The notes: generated from the sequence alone by a model not told the origin. Shown: positions 36,363 to 45,954, numbered from the stretch's first letter. The stretch: 50,038 nucleotides of DNA from Candidatus Sumerlaeota bacterium (GCA_016928695.1 JAFGKF010000118.1:1-50038); one strand, 5' to 3'. A program made the numbers and translations.

Positions 36363-38192
36363 TCACCGGGTGTTCAGGCCCGTCGAAGCCGCCACCGACG
36401 GGAGGGACTCCACACGGAACGACTCCGCATGGGTCCCCTGGGCGTTGCTGTTGGTGGAGAAATACTCGTGATACCCCACCCCACAGCGCCCCCGGGCGTG
36501 ACTGGAGTCGGTGGCGTCGGCGATCACCTCCCCATCGACGAGGTAGCGGATGCGATCGCCCACGCACTCGATGCGGAAACGCCGCCAGGCGTCGGAGGGG
36601 AGAAGCACGGGTTCGGATTCGCGGAGGTCGATCATGACGCCATCGACAACGACGGCCGCACGGACTCGACCTGTGTCGGTGTCGAACGTCAGAGCATAGC
36701 AGTTGCCCCCGCCGATCGAGGGGCTCTCGAAATTGCCGTTCCCGCTGTCGCGGGCGAAGAGGCCCACCCGCTCGAATCCATTGGCGGCCACCTCGGGGCG
36801 ATGATCGCAGCGCACCAGCGCCTCGACGGCGATGTCCTCATCCCCCGGTCCGCCGACTGACGTGGTCTCGAAGCCGCCCGCGGGATCCATGACCTCCAGC
36901 ACCCAGCCGTCGCCCCCCGGCGCCGCCGGGGCGAATTCGACGACGGGATTGAACGTGAACTTGTCGTCCCAGGTCAGCGTCCGTCCCTCAGCCGTGAAGT
37001 CATCGACCAGGGGAAGGGCCGAGGTCGGATCGCGCCGCACGAGGAGGAGCGCATTGGCGACAGCGCGCTCCGTCCCCGTGCAGGGGGGATCCGCGTTGTC
37101 CGAGGGGCAGTTGACCACCACGCCGTCGATCACCATCGTGGTCGACCCGCCACCGTCGAGGTTGATCGCCTGCTCCGCCCCCAGCGTGTTGATCAGGAAG
37201 TCGGCCATCTCCGGGAAATCCATCCCGATGCTGTATCCGGGCTGACGACCGTCGAAGGTCACCAGCCAGTGGCGCGTCCCGCTCCACGCCAGCACAGTGC
37301 GGGGATGACGGTCGTCCCAGAACCCGAAATTGGACCAGAGGGGCGTGTTGGGCTCGCCGCCCTCCACAAGCCACCCCGCCCCCCCGGCGAGGAGTCGGGC
37401 ATTGTTGAGAACGCTCAGCGCGAAGTCGAAGCGCACCGTGATCCGATCACCCACGCTCACATGGGCGAGCACAGTGTCGGCGGGTGCATCGCGCGCGGCG
37501 AGCACGAAGCCGCCCGAGGGAATCGCGTTGTCGATGGACTCCGCGCCCGTGCGCACAGCCGTCACCGTGCCCTCGATGGCCTTGTCGGGCCTCATCGGGA
37601 AGGAGACGTCCTCCACGATCACCTCGACGCCCTCGGCCGTTGTCGTGGTCGTGGGTCCCCACACCGGCGTGTACATCGCCATCGAGTTCGTCTGGCGGGT
37701 GAGGTTCAGGAGATCGATGGCCTGCTGAGTGCCATCGGCGCAGGTCACCACGCCCTGCGAGGCGGTGACATTGCGCCCGATCCACCCCTCGGCCGACTCC
37801 TGGAGCATGTAGACCTCCCACGTGTTGTTCGGGCGGCCGATCAGCTCACCACCACTGGCCAGGGGCCCCTTGATCTCGATGACCCCCGGGCCGAAGAAGC
37901 CGCAGTTGATGCCCATCACGACCTCGTGGCCGGAGGCGTCGTATCGCGCCGCGATGACGCTCGTGGGCTCGCGACCCGTCTCGTGGTTGCGGATCCCCTG
38001 CGCGAATCCCATCTCGATCGTGCACTCCGGGCTGGCGAGATCCACCTCCACCACGTGGGCCACGACCGGCCCCGGCAGATTGTGAACGGTGTGCAGCACA
38101 CCGGGGGCGATCTCCCCCGCACCGATGCGTGAGACTGTCAGGGCGAGGAGAGCCCCGAGAGAGATGAGGTGGAACCGATGAGTGGTGTTCAT
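36363..38192 (-). CDS. Secreted phosphodiester glycosidase (NAGPA/DUF2233-like) with a LamG/DUF1080-like C-terminal domain; paralog of 33899..36181
   Basis: Signal peptide MNTTHRFHLISLGALLALTVSRIGA. INLDGGGSTTMVIDGV. C-terminal WRRFRIECVGDRIRYLVDG...GRCGVGYHEYFSTNSNAQGTH. Collinear with the neighbour but lacks its N-terminal module. Confidence 0.7.
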   Translation of the reverse strand: MNTTHRFHLISLGALLALTVSRIGAGEIAPGVLHTVHNLPGPVVAHVVEVDLASPECTIEMGFAQGIRNHETGREPTSVIAARYDASGHEVVMGINCGFFGPGVIEIKGPLASGGELIGRPNNTWEVYMLQESAEGWIGRNVTASQGVVTCADGTQQAIDLLNLTRQTNSMAMYTPVWGPTTTTTAEGVEVIVEDVSFPMRPDKAIEGTVTAVRTGAESIDNAIPSGGFVLAARDAPADTVLAHVSVGDRITVRFDFALSVLNNARLLAGGAGWLVEGGEPNTPLWSNFGFWDDRHPRTVLAWSGTRHWLVTFDGRQPGYSIGMDFPEMADFLINTLGAEQAINLDGGGSTTMVIDGVVVNCPSDNADPPCTGTERAVANALLLVRRDPTSALPLVDDFTAEGRTLTWDDKFTFNPVVEFAPAAPGGDGWVLEVMDPAGGFETTSVGGPGDEDIAVEALVRCDHRPEVAANGFERVGLFARDSGNGNFESPSIGGGNCYALTFDTDTGRVRAAVVVDGVMIDLRESEPVLLPSDAWRRFRIECVGDRIRYLVDGEVIADATDSSHARGRCGVGYHEYFSTNSNAQGTHAESFRVESLPSVAASTGLNTR

Positions 38193-38249
38193 GAGGGGCG
38201 GAGACTACCCCCCGGATGGCGGCAGATCAATCCTCGACTCAGTCGAAGT

Positions 38250-38275
38250 TGCCGGCGAGGGCGCCGGCGCTCCAT
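38250..38275 (+). repeat. Copy B of the 26-nt repeat TGCCGGCGAGGGCGCCGGCGCTCCAT
   Basis: Identical to 49-74. Intergenic, between divergent genes. Confidence 0.75.
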
Positions 38276-38289
38276 TGTGAATCACCACT

Positions 38290-38331
38290 CCCCCTCTCCC
38301 ATCTCGGGAGAGGGGGGTTGGGGGGTGAGGG
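38290..38331 (+). repeat. Copy 2 of the repeat CCCCCTCTCCC-N-GGGAGAGGGG-N-GGGGGGTGAGGG
   Basis: CCCCCTCTCCCATCTCGGGAGAGGGGGGTTGGGGGGTGAGGG; compare 32363-32403. Confidence 0.8.
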
Positions 38332-38392
38332 AGAGCCGGCAACCCAGCGCTTTTCATTGACGCCGCCCTCGCATCGCTCGATTCAGAGGGGC

Positions 38393-38716
38393 ATGGCCAC
38401 TCCTCCACCATCCGAGCCGTTCAAATTCGAGGTCGGGCAGATCGTTCACCACGTCCGCTACGACTACCGCGGCGTGATCTTCGACCGCGACCCCGAGTGC
38501 CACGCCAGCGAGGAGTGGTGGATGGGAAATCAGTCGCAGCCCCGCCGCGATCAGCCCTGGTACCACGTGCTCGTCGACGGCGCGGAGCACACCACCTACG
38601 TGGCCGAGTCGAACCTCGAGCCCGACCCCTCAGGCGAGCCCATCCGACACCCGTTTCTCCCCCAGGCCTTCCAGTCCTTCGTCGGTGGACGCTATCACGC
38701 AGACAATCTGAACTGA
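38393..38716 (+). CDS. hspQ: HspQ / YccV-like hemimethylated-DNA-binding domain protein
   Basis: FKFEVGQIVHHVRYDYRGVIFDRDPE...QPWYHVLVDGAEHTTYVAESNLEP matches the HspQ pattern (F-x-x-GQ-x-V-x-H...Y-x-GV...D-x-DP...PWYHV...TYVAE). 107 aa. The track ORF start at 38216 runs through the repeat elements. Confidence 0.8.
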   Translation: MATPPPSEPFKFEVGQIVHHVRYDYRGVIFDRDPECHASEEWWMGNQSQPRRDQPWYHVLVDGAEHTTYVAESNLEPDPSGEPIRHPFLPQAFQSFVGGRYHADNLN

Positions 38717-38723
38717 TCGCCGA

Positions 38724-40115
38724 TCAGGGCATCGTGGCCGCGGCCTCCGCCGCAGCGCTGAGGAGGCTCCCCTCGGACACCAGCAGACCCGCGAAGCAGG
38801 CGGTGAGGAAGGCGGCGAAGGTCCCGGCGATGAGCGCGCGGAGACCGAGCCGTGCGAGGTCATTGCGGCGGTCGGGTGCGAGGGGACCGATGCCTCCGAT
38901 CAGGATGCCGATCGACCCGAAGTTGGCGAAGCCGCAGAGCGCATAGGTCGCGATGATCCGCGAGCGCTCGGCCAGCGGGCCGTGGACGGCGGGATCGCCG
39001 AGCTGGGCGTAGGCGACGAACTCGTTGGCGAAGGTCTTGATGCCGAGCAGCTCGGCGATGGTGCCGCAGTCAGCCGCCGCCACGCCCATGATCCAGGCCA
39101 GTGGCCAGAAGACATAGCTGAAGATCAGGGTCAGCGAGAGCGGGGTGGTGCCATTCTCGCCCATGTCGAAGATCCACCGGCCCAGGAGCCCCAGGATCCC
39201 GTCGGCCATCGCCAGCAGCGCCAGGAAGGCGATGAGCATGGCCGCGACGTTGAGCGCCAGCGTGAGCCCCTCACCCGCACCCCGCGCGGCCGCGCCGATC
39301 ACGTTGGGATCGGGGCGCTCGATGTCGACCTTCAGCGTCCCCAGGGTCTGCGGCTCCTCGGTCTCGGGCACCATGATCTTGGCGCACAGGAGCCCCGCGG
39401 GGGCCGACATGATCGAGGCGGCGAGCAGGTGCCCCGCGATGCCCGGCACGGCGTCGCGCAGGAAACCGATGTAGGCGAGCATCACGCCGCCCGCGACGGT
39501 CGCCATGCCGCCGGTCATGATCGCCATCAGCTCGGACCTCGTCATGGAGGGCAGGAAGGGCCGGACGACCAGCGGCGCCTCGGTCTGCCCCACAAAGATG
39601 TTGGCCGCGGCCGAGAGCGACTCCGCGCCCGACGTGCGCATCAGGCGGTACATCACCCACGCGATGCCCCGGACGACGAGCTGCATGAGACCGATGTGGT
39701 AGAGGATCGCCATCAGCGAGGCGAAGAAGATGATCGACGGCAGAACACCGAAGGCGAAGTAGGCGGTGCCGCTGCCGAAGTTGAGCGGCACGAAGAGCTC
39801 GACCCCCTCCAGCGCGCCCGTCGGATCCGCGCCGATGATGACCGGGGCCGAGCCGGGCTGCGCGAGGATGCCGAAGACGAACTGCGAGCCCTGGGAGGTG
39901 AAATTGATCAGCGCGACGAAGACAGCGTTGACCCAGTCGAAGAACGCGCGCCCCGGGGCCGTCTTGAGAATGAGGAGAGCGAACAAGAACTGGAGACCGA
40001 GCCCCCAGGCGACGAGTCGCCAGTTGATGCGTCGACGGTCGGTCGACAGAAGCCAGCAGAGAACCAGAATGACGACGATGCCGATCACACCGCGGAGCTG
40101 ATCGATGGACTCCAT
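38724..40115 (-). CDS. nupC: Concentrative nucleoside transporter (NupC/CNT family)
   Basis: MESIDQLRGVIGIVVILVLCWLLSTDRRRINWRLV is a typical NupC N-terminus, followed by about 10 TM helices. ATG 40115 lies 6 nt after GGAGGA; the track start at 40121 is GTG. Confidence 0.85.
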   Translation of the reverse strand: MESIDQLRGVIGIVVILVLCWLLSTDRRRINWRLVAWGLGLQFLFALLILKTAPGRAFFDWVNAVFVALINFTSQGSQFVFGILAQPGSAPVIIGADPTGALEGVELFVPLNFGSGTAYFAFGVLPSIIFFASLMAILYHIGLMQLVVRGIAWVMYRLMRTSGAESLSAAANIFVGQTEAPLVVRPFLPSMTRSELMAIMTGGMATVAGGVMLAYIGFLRDAVPGIAGHLLAASIMSAPAGLLCAKIMVPETEEPQTLGTLKVDIERPDPNVIGAAARGAGEGLTLALNVAAMLIAFLALLAMADGILGLLGRWIFDMGENGTTPLSLTLIFSYVFWPLAWIMGVAAADCGTIAELLGIKTFANEFVAYAQLGDPAVHGPLAERSRIIATYALCGFANFGSIGILIGGIGPLAPDRRNDLARLGLRALIAGTFAAFLTACFAGLLVSEGSLLSAAAEAAATMP

Positions 40116-40248
40116 GGGCACTCCTCCCTCTGCAGTGGGGACCCGTGATCAAACGGGAGTCGGGATGCAACGGTCAACACCGAATCAGATGCGTTGACGG
40201 ACCGATGGGCTGATCCTAGGCTCTGCCATCCCACGGGAGAGCGCAGCC

Positions 40249-41817
40249 ATGGCTTCGAGGGCGATCAGAACCGACGTGCTGGTGATCGGCGCGGGCATCG
40301 CCGGGTGCAGCGCCGCACTGGCCGCCGCCCGCGCGGGCCTGAGGGTCATCGTCCTCAGCAAGAGCGAGCGTGCAACCTCCTCCACGAACACCCTCTGGGC
40401 CCAGGGCGGGATCATCTATCGCGGGAAAAAAGACTCCCCCCGGCTCCTGGTCAAAGACATCATGACCGCCGGGGCGGGCAACGTGAACCCCAGGGCGGCC
40501 GAGCACCTGGCCAGGCAGGGGCCGCGCCTGGTCAAGCGTCTGCTCATCGACGAGCTCGGCATCCCCTTCGACCGCGGCCCCCGCGGCGGGCTCGACCTCA
40601 CCGAGGAGGGGGCGCACTCGATCCCGCGCATCATCCACGTCGAGGACCTGACGGGGCGAGCGATCGGCGAAGCCGTTTACCACGCCATCAGGCGCGAGAA
40701 AAACATCCGCTTCCTGCGGGCTGCGTCGGCCATCGACCTCCTCACGCTCTCCCACCACTCGCGCGACCCGATCGACGTCTACGCGCCGCCGACCTGCTTC
40801 GGCGCCCACGTTCTCCTGCGCCTGAAGGGCGAGGTGATCCCCATCTTCGCGCGCGAGACCGTCCTCGCCACCGGCGGGCTCGGGCGGCTCTTCCTCCACA
40901 CCACCAACCCCAACGGCGCGCGGGGCGACGGACTCGCGATGGCCTACCGCGCGGGTGCGCGCATCATCAATCTCGAGTACATCCAGTTCCATCCCACCGC
41001 GCTCTACCACCCCGCCGCCGACCGCTTCCTGATCTCGGAGTCGATGCGCGGCGAGGGGGCCGTTCTCATCCGCCGCGACGGCTCGTCGTTCATGGAGAAG
41101 TACCACCCACTCGGCAGCCTCGCGCCGCGCGACGTCGTGGCCCGCGCCATCCACGAGGAGATGCTGGCCTACGGCATGCCCTGCGTGTACCTCGATATCA
41201 CGCACCGGCCCGCCGACTGGATCCGCCACCGCTTCCCCAACATCCACGCCAAGTGCCTCGAGCACGGCATCGACATCACCCAGCAACCGATCCCCGTGGT
41301 CCCCGCAGCGCACTACTCCTGCGGCGGCGTCGCCGTCGACCTCGAGGGGCGCACATCGATCAATCGCCTCCGCGCGGTCGGCGAGGTGACCTGCACGGGG
41401 CTCCACGGCGCGAACCGCCTGGCGTCCACCTCGCTGCTCGAGGGGCTCGTCTGGGGCTGGGGGGCGGGCGAGTCGACCGCCAAAACACTCAGCGGCGAGA
41501 GGACATGGCGCGTGCCGCCGCTCGAGCCGTGGCGCGCCGAGCACGAGCCGGTCGACCCCGCGCTGATCGCCCAGGACTGGCTGACGATCAAGCACACGAT
41601 GTGGAACTACGTCGGACTGGTGCGGACCCGCAAGCGCATGAAGCGCGCGCTCCAGATCCTGCGCGAGCTCCAGTTCGAGATCGAGGAGTTCTACGCCCGC
41701 GCGGAGATGACCGATCCCCTGCTCGGCCTGCGCAACGGCGTCCAGGCCGCTCTCGCCGTCACCTACGCCGCCCTCGAGAACCCCATCTCCCGCGGAGCCC
41801 ACTTCCGGGTGGATTGA
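40249..41817 (+). CDS. nadB: L-aspartate oxidase
   Basis: FAD fold DVLVIGAGIAGCSAALAAARAG, WAQGGI, HYSCGGV, GANRLASTSLLEGLV. Confidence 0.9.
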   Translation: MASRAIRTDVLVIGAGIAGCSAALAAARAGLRVIVLSKSERATSSTNTLWAQGGIIYRGKKDSPRLLVKDIMTAGAGNVNPRAAEHLARQGPRLVKRLLIDELGIPFDRGPRGGLDLTEEGAHSIPRIIHVEDLTGRAIGEAVYHAIRREKNIRFLRAASAIDLLTLSHHSRDPIDVYAPPTCFGAHVLLRLKGEVIPIFARETVLATGGLGRLFLHTTNPNGARGDGLAMAYRAGARIINLEYIQFHPTALYHPAADRFLISESMRGEGAVLIRRDGSSFMEKYHPLGSLAPRDVVARAIHEEMLAYGMPCVYLDITHRPADWIRHRFPNIHAKCLEHGIDITQQPIPVVPAAHYSCGGVAVDLEGRTSINRLRAVGEVTCTGLHGANRLASTSLLEGLVWGWGAGESTAKTLSGERTWRVPPLEPWRAEHEPVDPALIAQDWLTIKHTMWNYVGLVRTRKRMKRALQILRELQFEIEEFYARAEMTDPLLGLRNGVQAALAVTYAALENPISRGAHFRVD

Positions 41818-41826
41818 ACCCCCATG

Positions 41827-41851
41827 TGGAGCGCCGGCGCCCTCGCCGGCA
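41827..41851 (-). repeat. Copy C (inverted) of the 26-nt GC-rich repeat
   Basis: TGGAGCGCCGGCGCCCTCGCCGGCA is the reverse complement of 25 nt of the element at 49-74 and 38250-38275. It starts 10 nt after the nadB stop. Confidence 0.75.
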
Positions 41852-41858
41852 TCAGTGA

Positions 41859-41882
41859 GTGCCGGAATGGGAATTCCGGCAC
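41859..41882. terminator. Perfect 10-bp hairpin between convergent genes
   Basis: GTGCCGGAAT-GGGA-ATTCCGGCAC. A second hairpin, ATGGAGC-GCCGGT-GCTCCAT, lies at 41894-41913. Neither has a strong U-tract. Confidence 0.45.
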
Positions 41883-41920
41883 GATGAGGAGGGATGGAGC
41901 GCCGGTGCTCCATCTGCACA

Positions 41921-42985
41921 TCACAGCGGCGGCGGCAGCTTGACCTGGGGCCGGACGGGGGGGCGGGGCGCGGGAGGCGCCTGGCCCGACCAGCGCGCAG
42001 TGACGGTCGGCCACCAGTGGCCGAGCTCGAGGGCGACGCCCGCCAAAAGCTCGAGGGTCGGCGCGAACTCGGCGGCGCTCTGGGCCATCGTGGGGCCGAA
42101 GAGAACGCCCCCGGGCCCGTCCTTCGCCCGCCAGGGCACCGCGATCGCCGCCGCGAGGGGATCGCCCTTCTCGCCGTGCCAGTGGAGCGCCTCGCCTGAC
42201 CGCAGCACGACCTCGAGGAGCACGACAGAGAACTCGGCGCTGTGCCCTCCCTCGCCGCTCAGCTGGAGCGAGAGCGTCTTCCCCTTCGGAGCGGGGATCA
42301 GCGCCCCCGCCCAGGGCTGCTCGGTCAGGCGGCGGACGATGGAGAGAATGTCCGTCCAGAGCACCCCGGCGTCGGACGCACTGAGCAGCGCCGCGTGGAG
42401 CTGCTGGTAGATCTCGATGTGGCGAATCAAGCGCGGCCGGTCCCACTGCCGCATCTCCGATCGGGCGGGGACGAGCGGCTCGCGCCGCACGGGGCGATGG
42501 AGCACCGTGGCATCGCGCAGAGGGGGATCGCCGATCCCCGGCCCCTCACCCACGGGCCATTCGATCTCCAGATCGGGCACCGCGGTCCAGGCCATCGCGC
42601 CGAGCCCCTGCTGGCCCTCCCTGAATCCGATGTCGACCTGATCGCTCGCCGCCGGCTCCTCCTTCCCCGCCTTCGGCGCGGGGGGCACGGCACCCCCGGA
42701 GTCGCGAAATCGCAGGTTGGTCTCCCCGATGGTGAGGACGTCGCCGTCCTCGAGCACCTGCTCGGAGACGAGATCCCCGTTGATCAGAGTGCCGTTGACG
42801 CTCGCAAGGTCCCGAACCATCCACCTCCCCTCATCCGTGGCTCGGATCTCGGCGTGGTAGCGCGACACGGTCTTGTCGTTGAGAGGCAGCGTGTTGTCCG
42901 GTGCGCGTCCGATGGTCGCCCCCTCTCTGGCCAGATCGGTGGCCGGGTGCGAGGATTCGCTGCCGAGCAGGATGAGCTGAGCCAT
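41921..42985 (-). CDS. FHA-domain protein with a GAF-like C-terminal domain
   Basis: ATG 42985 is preceded by GGAGGGAG. FHA: ATIGRAPDNTLPLNDKTVSRYHAEIRATDEGRWMVRDLASVNGTLING. A Pro-rich linker is followed by a roughly 170-aa alpha/beta region. The track ORF extends spuriously to 43321. Confidence 0.8.
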   Translation of the reverse strand: MAQLILLGSESSHPATDLAREGATIGRAPDNTLPLNDKTVSRYHAEIRATDEGRWMVRDLASVNGTLINGDLVSEQVLEDGDVLTIGETNLRFRDSGGAVPPAPKAGKEEPAASDQVDIGFREGQQGLGAMAWTAVPDLEIEWPVGEGPGIGDPPLRDATVLHRPVRREPLVPARSEMRQWDRPRLIRHIEIYQQLHAALLSASDAGVLWTDILSIVRRLTEQPWAGALIPAPKGKTLSLQLSGEGGHSAEFSVVLLEVVLRSGEALHWHGEKGDPLAAAIAVPWRAKDGPGGVLFGPTMAQSAAEFAPTLELLAGVALELGHWWPTVTARWSGQAPPAPRPPVRPQVKLPPPL

Positions 42986-43027
42986 GTCTCCCTCCGCCGT
43001 CCTCTGTTCAGTCCTGTGACGGAAACA

Positions 43028-43057
43028 TTGCACAGCCAGACTGGAACGTTCTATACT
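43028..43057 (+). promoter_or_regulatory. Candidate promoter, TTGCAC-N18-TATACT
   Basis: Located in the AT-richer 120-nt divergent region, about 50 nt upstream of ATG 43110. Confidence 0.4.
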
Positions 43058-43109
43058 TTCTTCGCGGAACACAGACTCCCTCAGCCTCACTCCACGGTTT
43101 GGATATTTG

Positions 43110-45890
43110 ATGACCCCCCGCCGACTCCTCCCCCTGACGCTGCTGACGCTGCTCATCGCGCCGGTCATCTCTGCGGCTCTGGCCCAGGAGCCCGCCGAGA
43201 CCGATGACGATTGGACCGTCATCATCTTTGAGAATGGCAACCGGATCCGCGGCCAGATCATCCCCTCACGCCCCGGCGAGCCGGTGGCCGTCCCCGAGTC
43301 GGGCTGGATCAACTTCCGCACCGAGACCGGGACGCGGATGCGCTACAACATGGATCTCATCCGCGAGGTGATCCTCCCCGAGCAGCGCCACGAGGCGGCG
43401 GCCGAGGAGATGATCACCGAGATCCGCCGGATGTTCTACATCCAGGCCGACCTGCTGGGCGCGCTGGAGGAGACCACCCGCCTCCACGCGATCGCCCCGA
43501 ACAACCCCGAGGTGCTCGAGCTCTGCTGGGAGATCGCCCTGGCCGTCTACGAGCAGGCCCAGGATCTCACCGAGGCGGGGGATTTCACCAGCGCCTTCCG
43601 CCACTGGGACGCTCTCGTCAACCACTTCCAGGAGACCGGCCTGCGCTTCGAGAATCCCACGCCGGAACCGGGGGAGCCGATCGACCTCACCCACTCCTTC
43701 GAGAGAGACCTGATCGCCGCGCTTCAGATGAGGGTGGAGGGCCTCATCACGGAGGCCGAGCTCCACGACCCCGTCGACCTCGACCTCCTCCGCGAGGCGC
43801 TCGTCTACAATCAGCGTCTGCTGCAGAGGGCGCCCAGCAGCCTCCCGGCCCATCTCAACGCCATCGACATCTCCGAGGCCCGCGGCGACCTGCGCGCCGC
43901 CCTGAGGCAGGCCGAGACCCTGCGCGACCGCCTGGGCTCGATGCCGGGGATCACCCGCCACTCCCAGGAGCTGGTCGACCTGCGCATCCAGGATCTGCAG
44001 CGTAGGATCGAGGGAGGGCAGCCGTCCGGTCGTCCCCCCAGTCCCCTTCCGGATATTCTCAGCGGGCTGGGCACAGGGCCGACCGAGCCCACGGCCCGGC
44101 CGACGCCCCCCACGCCGACCCCAACCGCGCCCTCGCCACCGCCCAGCGTGGGGCCGTCCCCTGCCCCGACGGTGGACACCTCCTCTTCGCCCCCACCCAC
44201 TCCATCACCCCGGATGGGTCTGTGGCAGAGCCTGAAAAGACGCCTCAGCGATCGCGATTTTGCCGGGGCCTTCGCGGACATCCGTGAGTGGGTGGAGGAC
44301 AACAGCAGTGTCACCTACCCGGTGGGCATCGGCCTGCTGGCCCTGATCTTCCTCTGGGTCGTGCCCTACAAAATCGCCGCGCGGCGGGCCCGGGCGGGGG
44401 GAATCATCGCCTCGATGTGGGCGCCGCGGCTCAAGCGCTACGGCCCCTTCGCCATCGCTGGGCTGATCCTGTCGCCGATGGGCAAGCTGATGCCCGGCAG
44501 CGCGCGCCGCCGCCGGGCCCTGGAAAAAGAGGTCGGGCAGCTCTGCCCCCACTGCGGCGGAATCCTCGAGAACGTCCAGCTCTACCGGGATCTGCGCTTC
44601 GATCTCTGCCCCCACTGCCGGGAGGAGATCCCCCCTCTGTACGATCTGACGGATCACATTCACCAGCTGATCATTCACATCGATCGGGTGCGGGGCGGGA
44701 GATCGCTGGGCGCCGAGGCCCTGGAGAACGATGAGCACCGCGACGCGATGCTCCGGCTGGTCAAGGCCGTCATGACCCTGGCGGTCCGGCAGCGGGCAAG
44801 CGACCTGCACGTGGACGCCTCGGGCGACGGCCTCGACCTGCGCATCCGCGTCGACGGCAGCCTGCGGTCGATGGACATCCACATCTCGAAGGCGGTGGAG
44901 CGGGCCTTCGTCAGCGCCATCAAGGTCATGGCGAACCTCGACATCACCGAGCGGCGCGCCCCCCAGGACGGGCGGTTCGAGATCGACATCGACGGCTCGG
45001 ACATCGACGTGCGCATCAACACGAGCCCGACGGGCCTGGGCGAGAAGATCTCGATGCGCCTGCTCGACATCCGGTCGGTCCGCGTGCCCCTGCCCAAGCT
45101 GGGCATCTCGGCCCAGGCGCTGCCCATCTTCACGCGGGCGATCCACTGCCCCAGCGGCCTGATCCTCGTCACCGGCCCCACCGGATCGGGCAAATCGACC
45201 ACGCTCTACGTCGCGCTCAACGAGATCAACAGCGGCACGCGCAACATCGTGACGATCGAGGACCCGATCGAGTTCATCTTCAAGGGGCTCAACCAGCACC
45301 AGGTCAACCCGGCAGCCAACTTCACCTTCGCCACCGGCCTGCGCTCGATCATCCGCCAGGACCCCGATGTGATCATGGTCGGCGAGATCCGCGACAACGA
45401 GACCGCCGACATCGCCGTCAACGCCGCGACCACAGGCCACCTGGTGCTGACCACCCTCCACACCAACGACGCGGCGGCCGCCTACCCGCGCCTGGCGGAG
45501 TTCGGCGTCGACCCCTCGCGCTTCGCCCCCGTCATGCAGATCATCGTGGCCCAGCGCCTGCTCGCGCTCAACTGCGAGCGGTGCAAGGAGCCGCATCAGC
45601 CCTCCCCGGCGACCCTCTCGGCCCTCGAGATCCCCGATCACGACATCATCTTCTACCGGGGAGTCGGCTGCGAACACTGCCAGAACACCGGCCTCCACGG
45701 ACGGACGGGCCTCTTCGAGATCCTGGAGGTCACCGCCGAGATCTGCGCCCTGATGGAGGGCAAATCCCCCGTCAACGCCGTGCGCGAGACCGCCCGCCGG
45801 TCAGGGATGCGGACCATCCGCGAGGAGGGTCTGATCCGGGTGATGGAGGGATTCGCCACGCCGGAGGAGGTGCTGAGGGTGATCAGCTGA
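43110..45890 (+). CDS. Atypical GspE/PilB-family ATPase fused to a signal peptide, an N-terminal non-ATPase domain, a Pro/Thr linker, a TM anchor and a zinc ribbon
   Basis: Signal-like MTPRRLLPLTLLTLLIAPVISAALAQEP, then about 300 aa of beta and helical-repeat region. Linker PPSPLPD...PTPPTPTPTAPSPPPSVGPSPAPT. TM VGIGLLALIFLWVVPYKIAA followed by RRARAGG. CPHCGG...CPHCREE. ATPase core: Walker A VTGPTGSGKSTTLYV, DPDVIMVGEIRD, GHLVLTTLHTN, CERC...CEHC. One continuous GC3-biased frame. Confidence 0.8.
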   Translation: MTPRRLLPLTLLTLLIAPVISAALAQEPAETDDDWTVIIFENGNRIRGQIIPSRPGEPVAVPESGWINFRTETGTRMRYNMDLIREVILPEQRHEAAAEEMITEIRRMFYIQADLLGALEETTRLHAIAPNNPEVLELCWEIALAVYEQAQDLTEAGDFTSAFRHWDALVNHFQETGLRFENPTPEPGEPIDLTHSFERDLIAALQMRVEGLITEAELHDPVDLDLLREALVYNQRLLQRAPSSLPAHLNAIDISEARGDLRAALRQAETLRDRLGSMPGITRHSQELVDLRIQDLQRRIEGGQPSGRPPSPLPDILSGLGTGPTEPTARPTPPTPTPTAPSPPPSVGPSPAPTVDTSSSPPPTPSPRMGLWQSLKRRLSDRDFAGAFADIREWVEDNSSVTYPVGIGLLALIFLWVVPYKIAARRARAGGIIASMWAPRLKRYGPFAIAGLILSPMGKLMPGSARRRRALEKEVGQLCPHCGGILENVQLYRDLRFDLCPHCREEIPPLYDLTDHIHQLIIHIDRVRGGRSLGAEALENDEHRDAMLRLVKAVMTLAVRQRASDLHVDASGDGLDLRIRVDGSLRSMDIHISKAVERAFVSAIKVMANLDITERRAPQDGRFEIDIDGSDIDVRINTSPTGLGEKISMRLLDIRSVRVPLPKLGISAQALPIFTRAIHCPSGLILVTGPTGSGKSTTLYVALNEINSGTRNIVTIEDPIEFIFKGLNQHQVNPAANFTFATGLRSIIRQDPDVIMVGEIRDNETADIAVNAATTGHLVLTTLHTNDAAAAYPRLAEFGVDPSRFAPVMQIIVAQRLLALNCERCKEPHQPSPATLSALEIPDHDIIFYRGVGCEHCQNTGLHGRTGLFEILEVTAEICALMEGKSPVNAVRETARRSGMRTIREEGLIRVMEGFATPEEVLRVIS

Positions 45891-45954
45891 TATCACAGGG
45901 TTTGCGCCGTGCCGGGGAACCCCCTCCCCCCCCCTCCCTTTTTCCCTCTCGAGC

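Noticed and set aside
42986-43321. The N-terminal 112 codons of track ORF 41921-43321 (extension of the FHA protein).
   Set aside because: The extension runs through the AT-richer divergent promoter region and into the opposite gene. The internal ATG 42985 has a strong GGAGGGAG SD and starts directly with the FHA domain.
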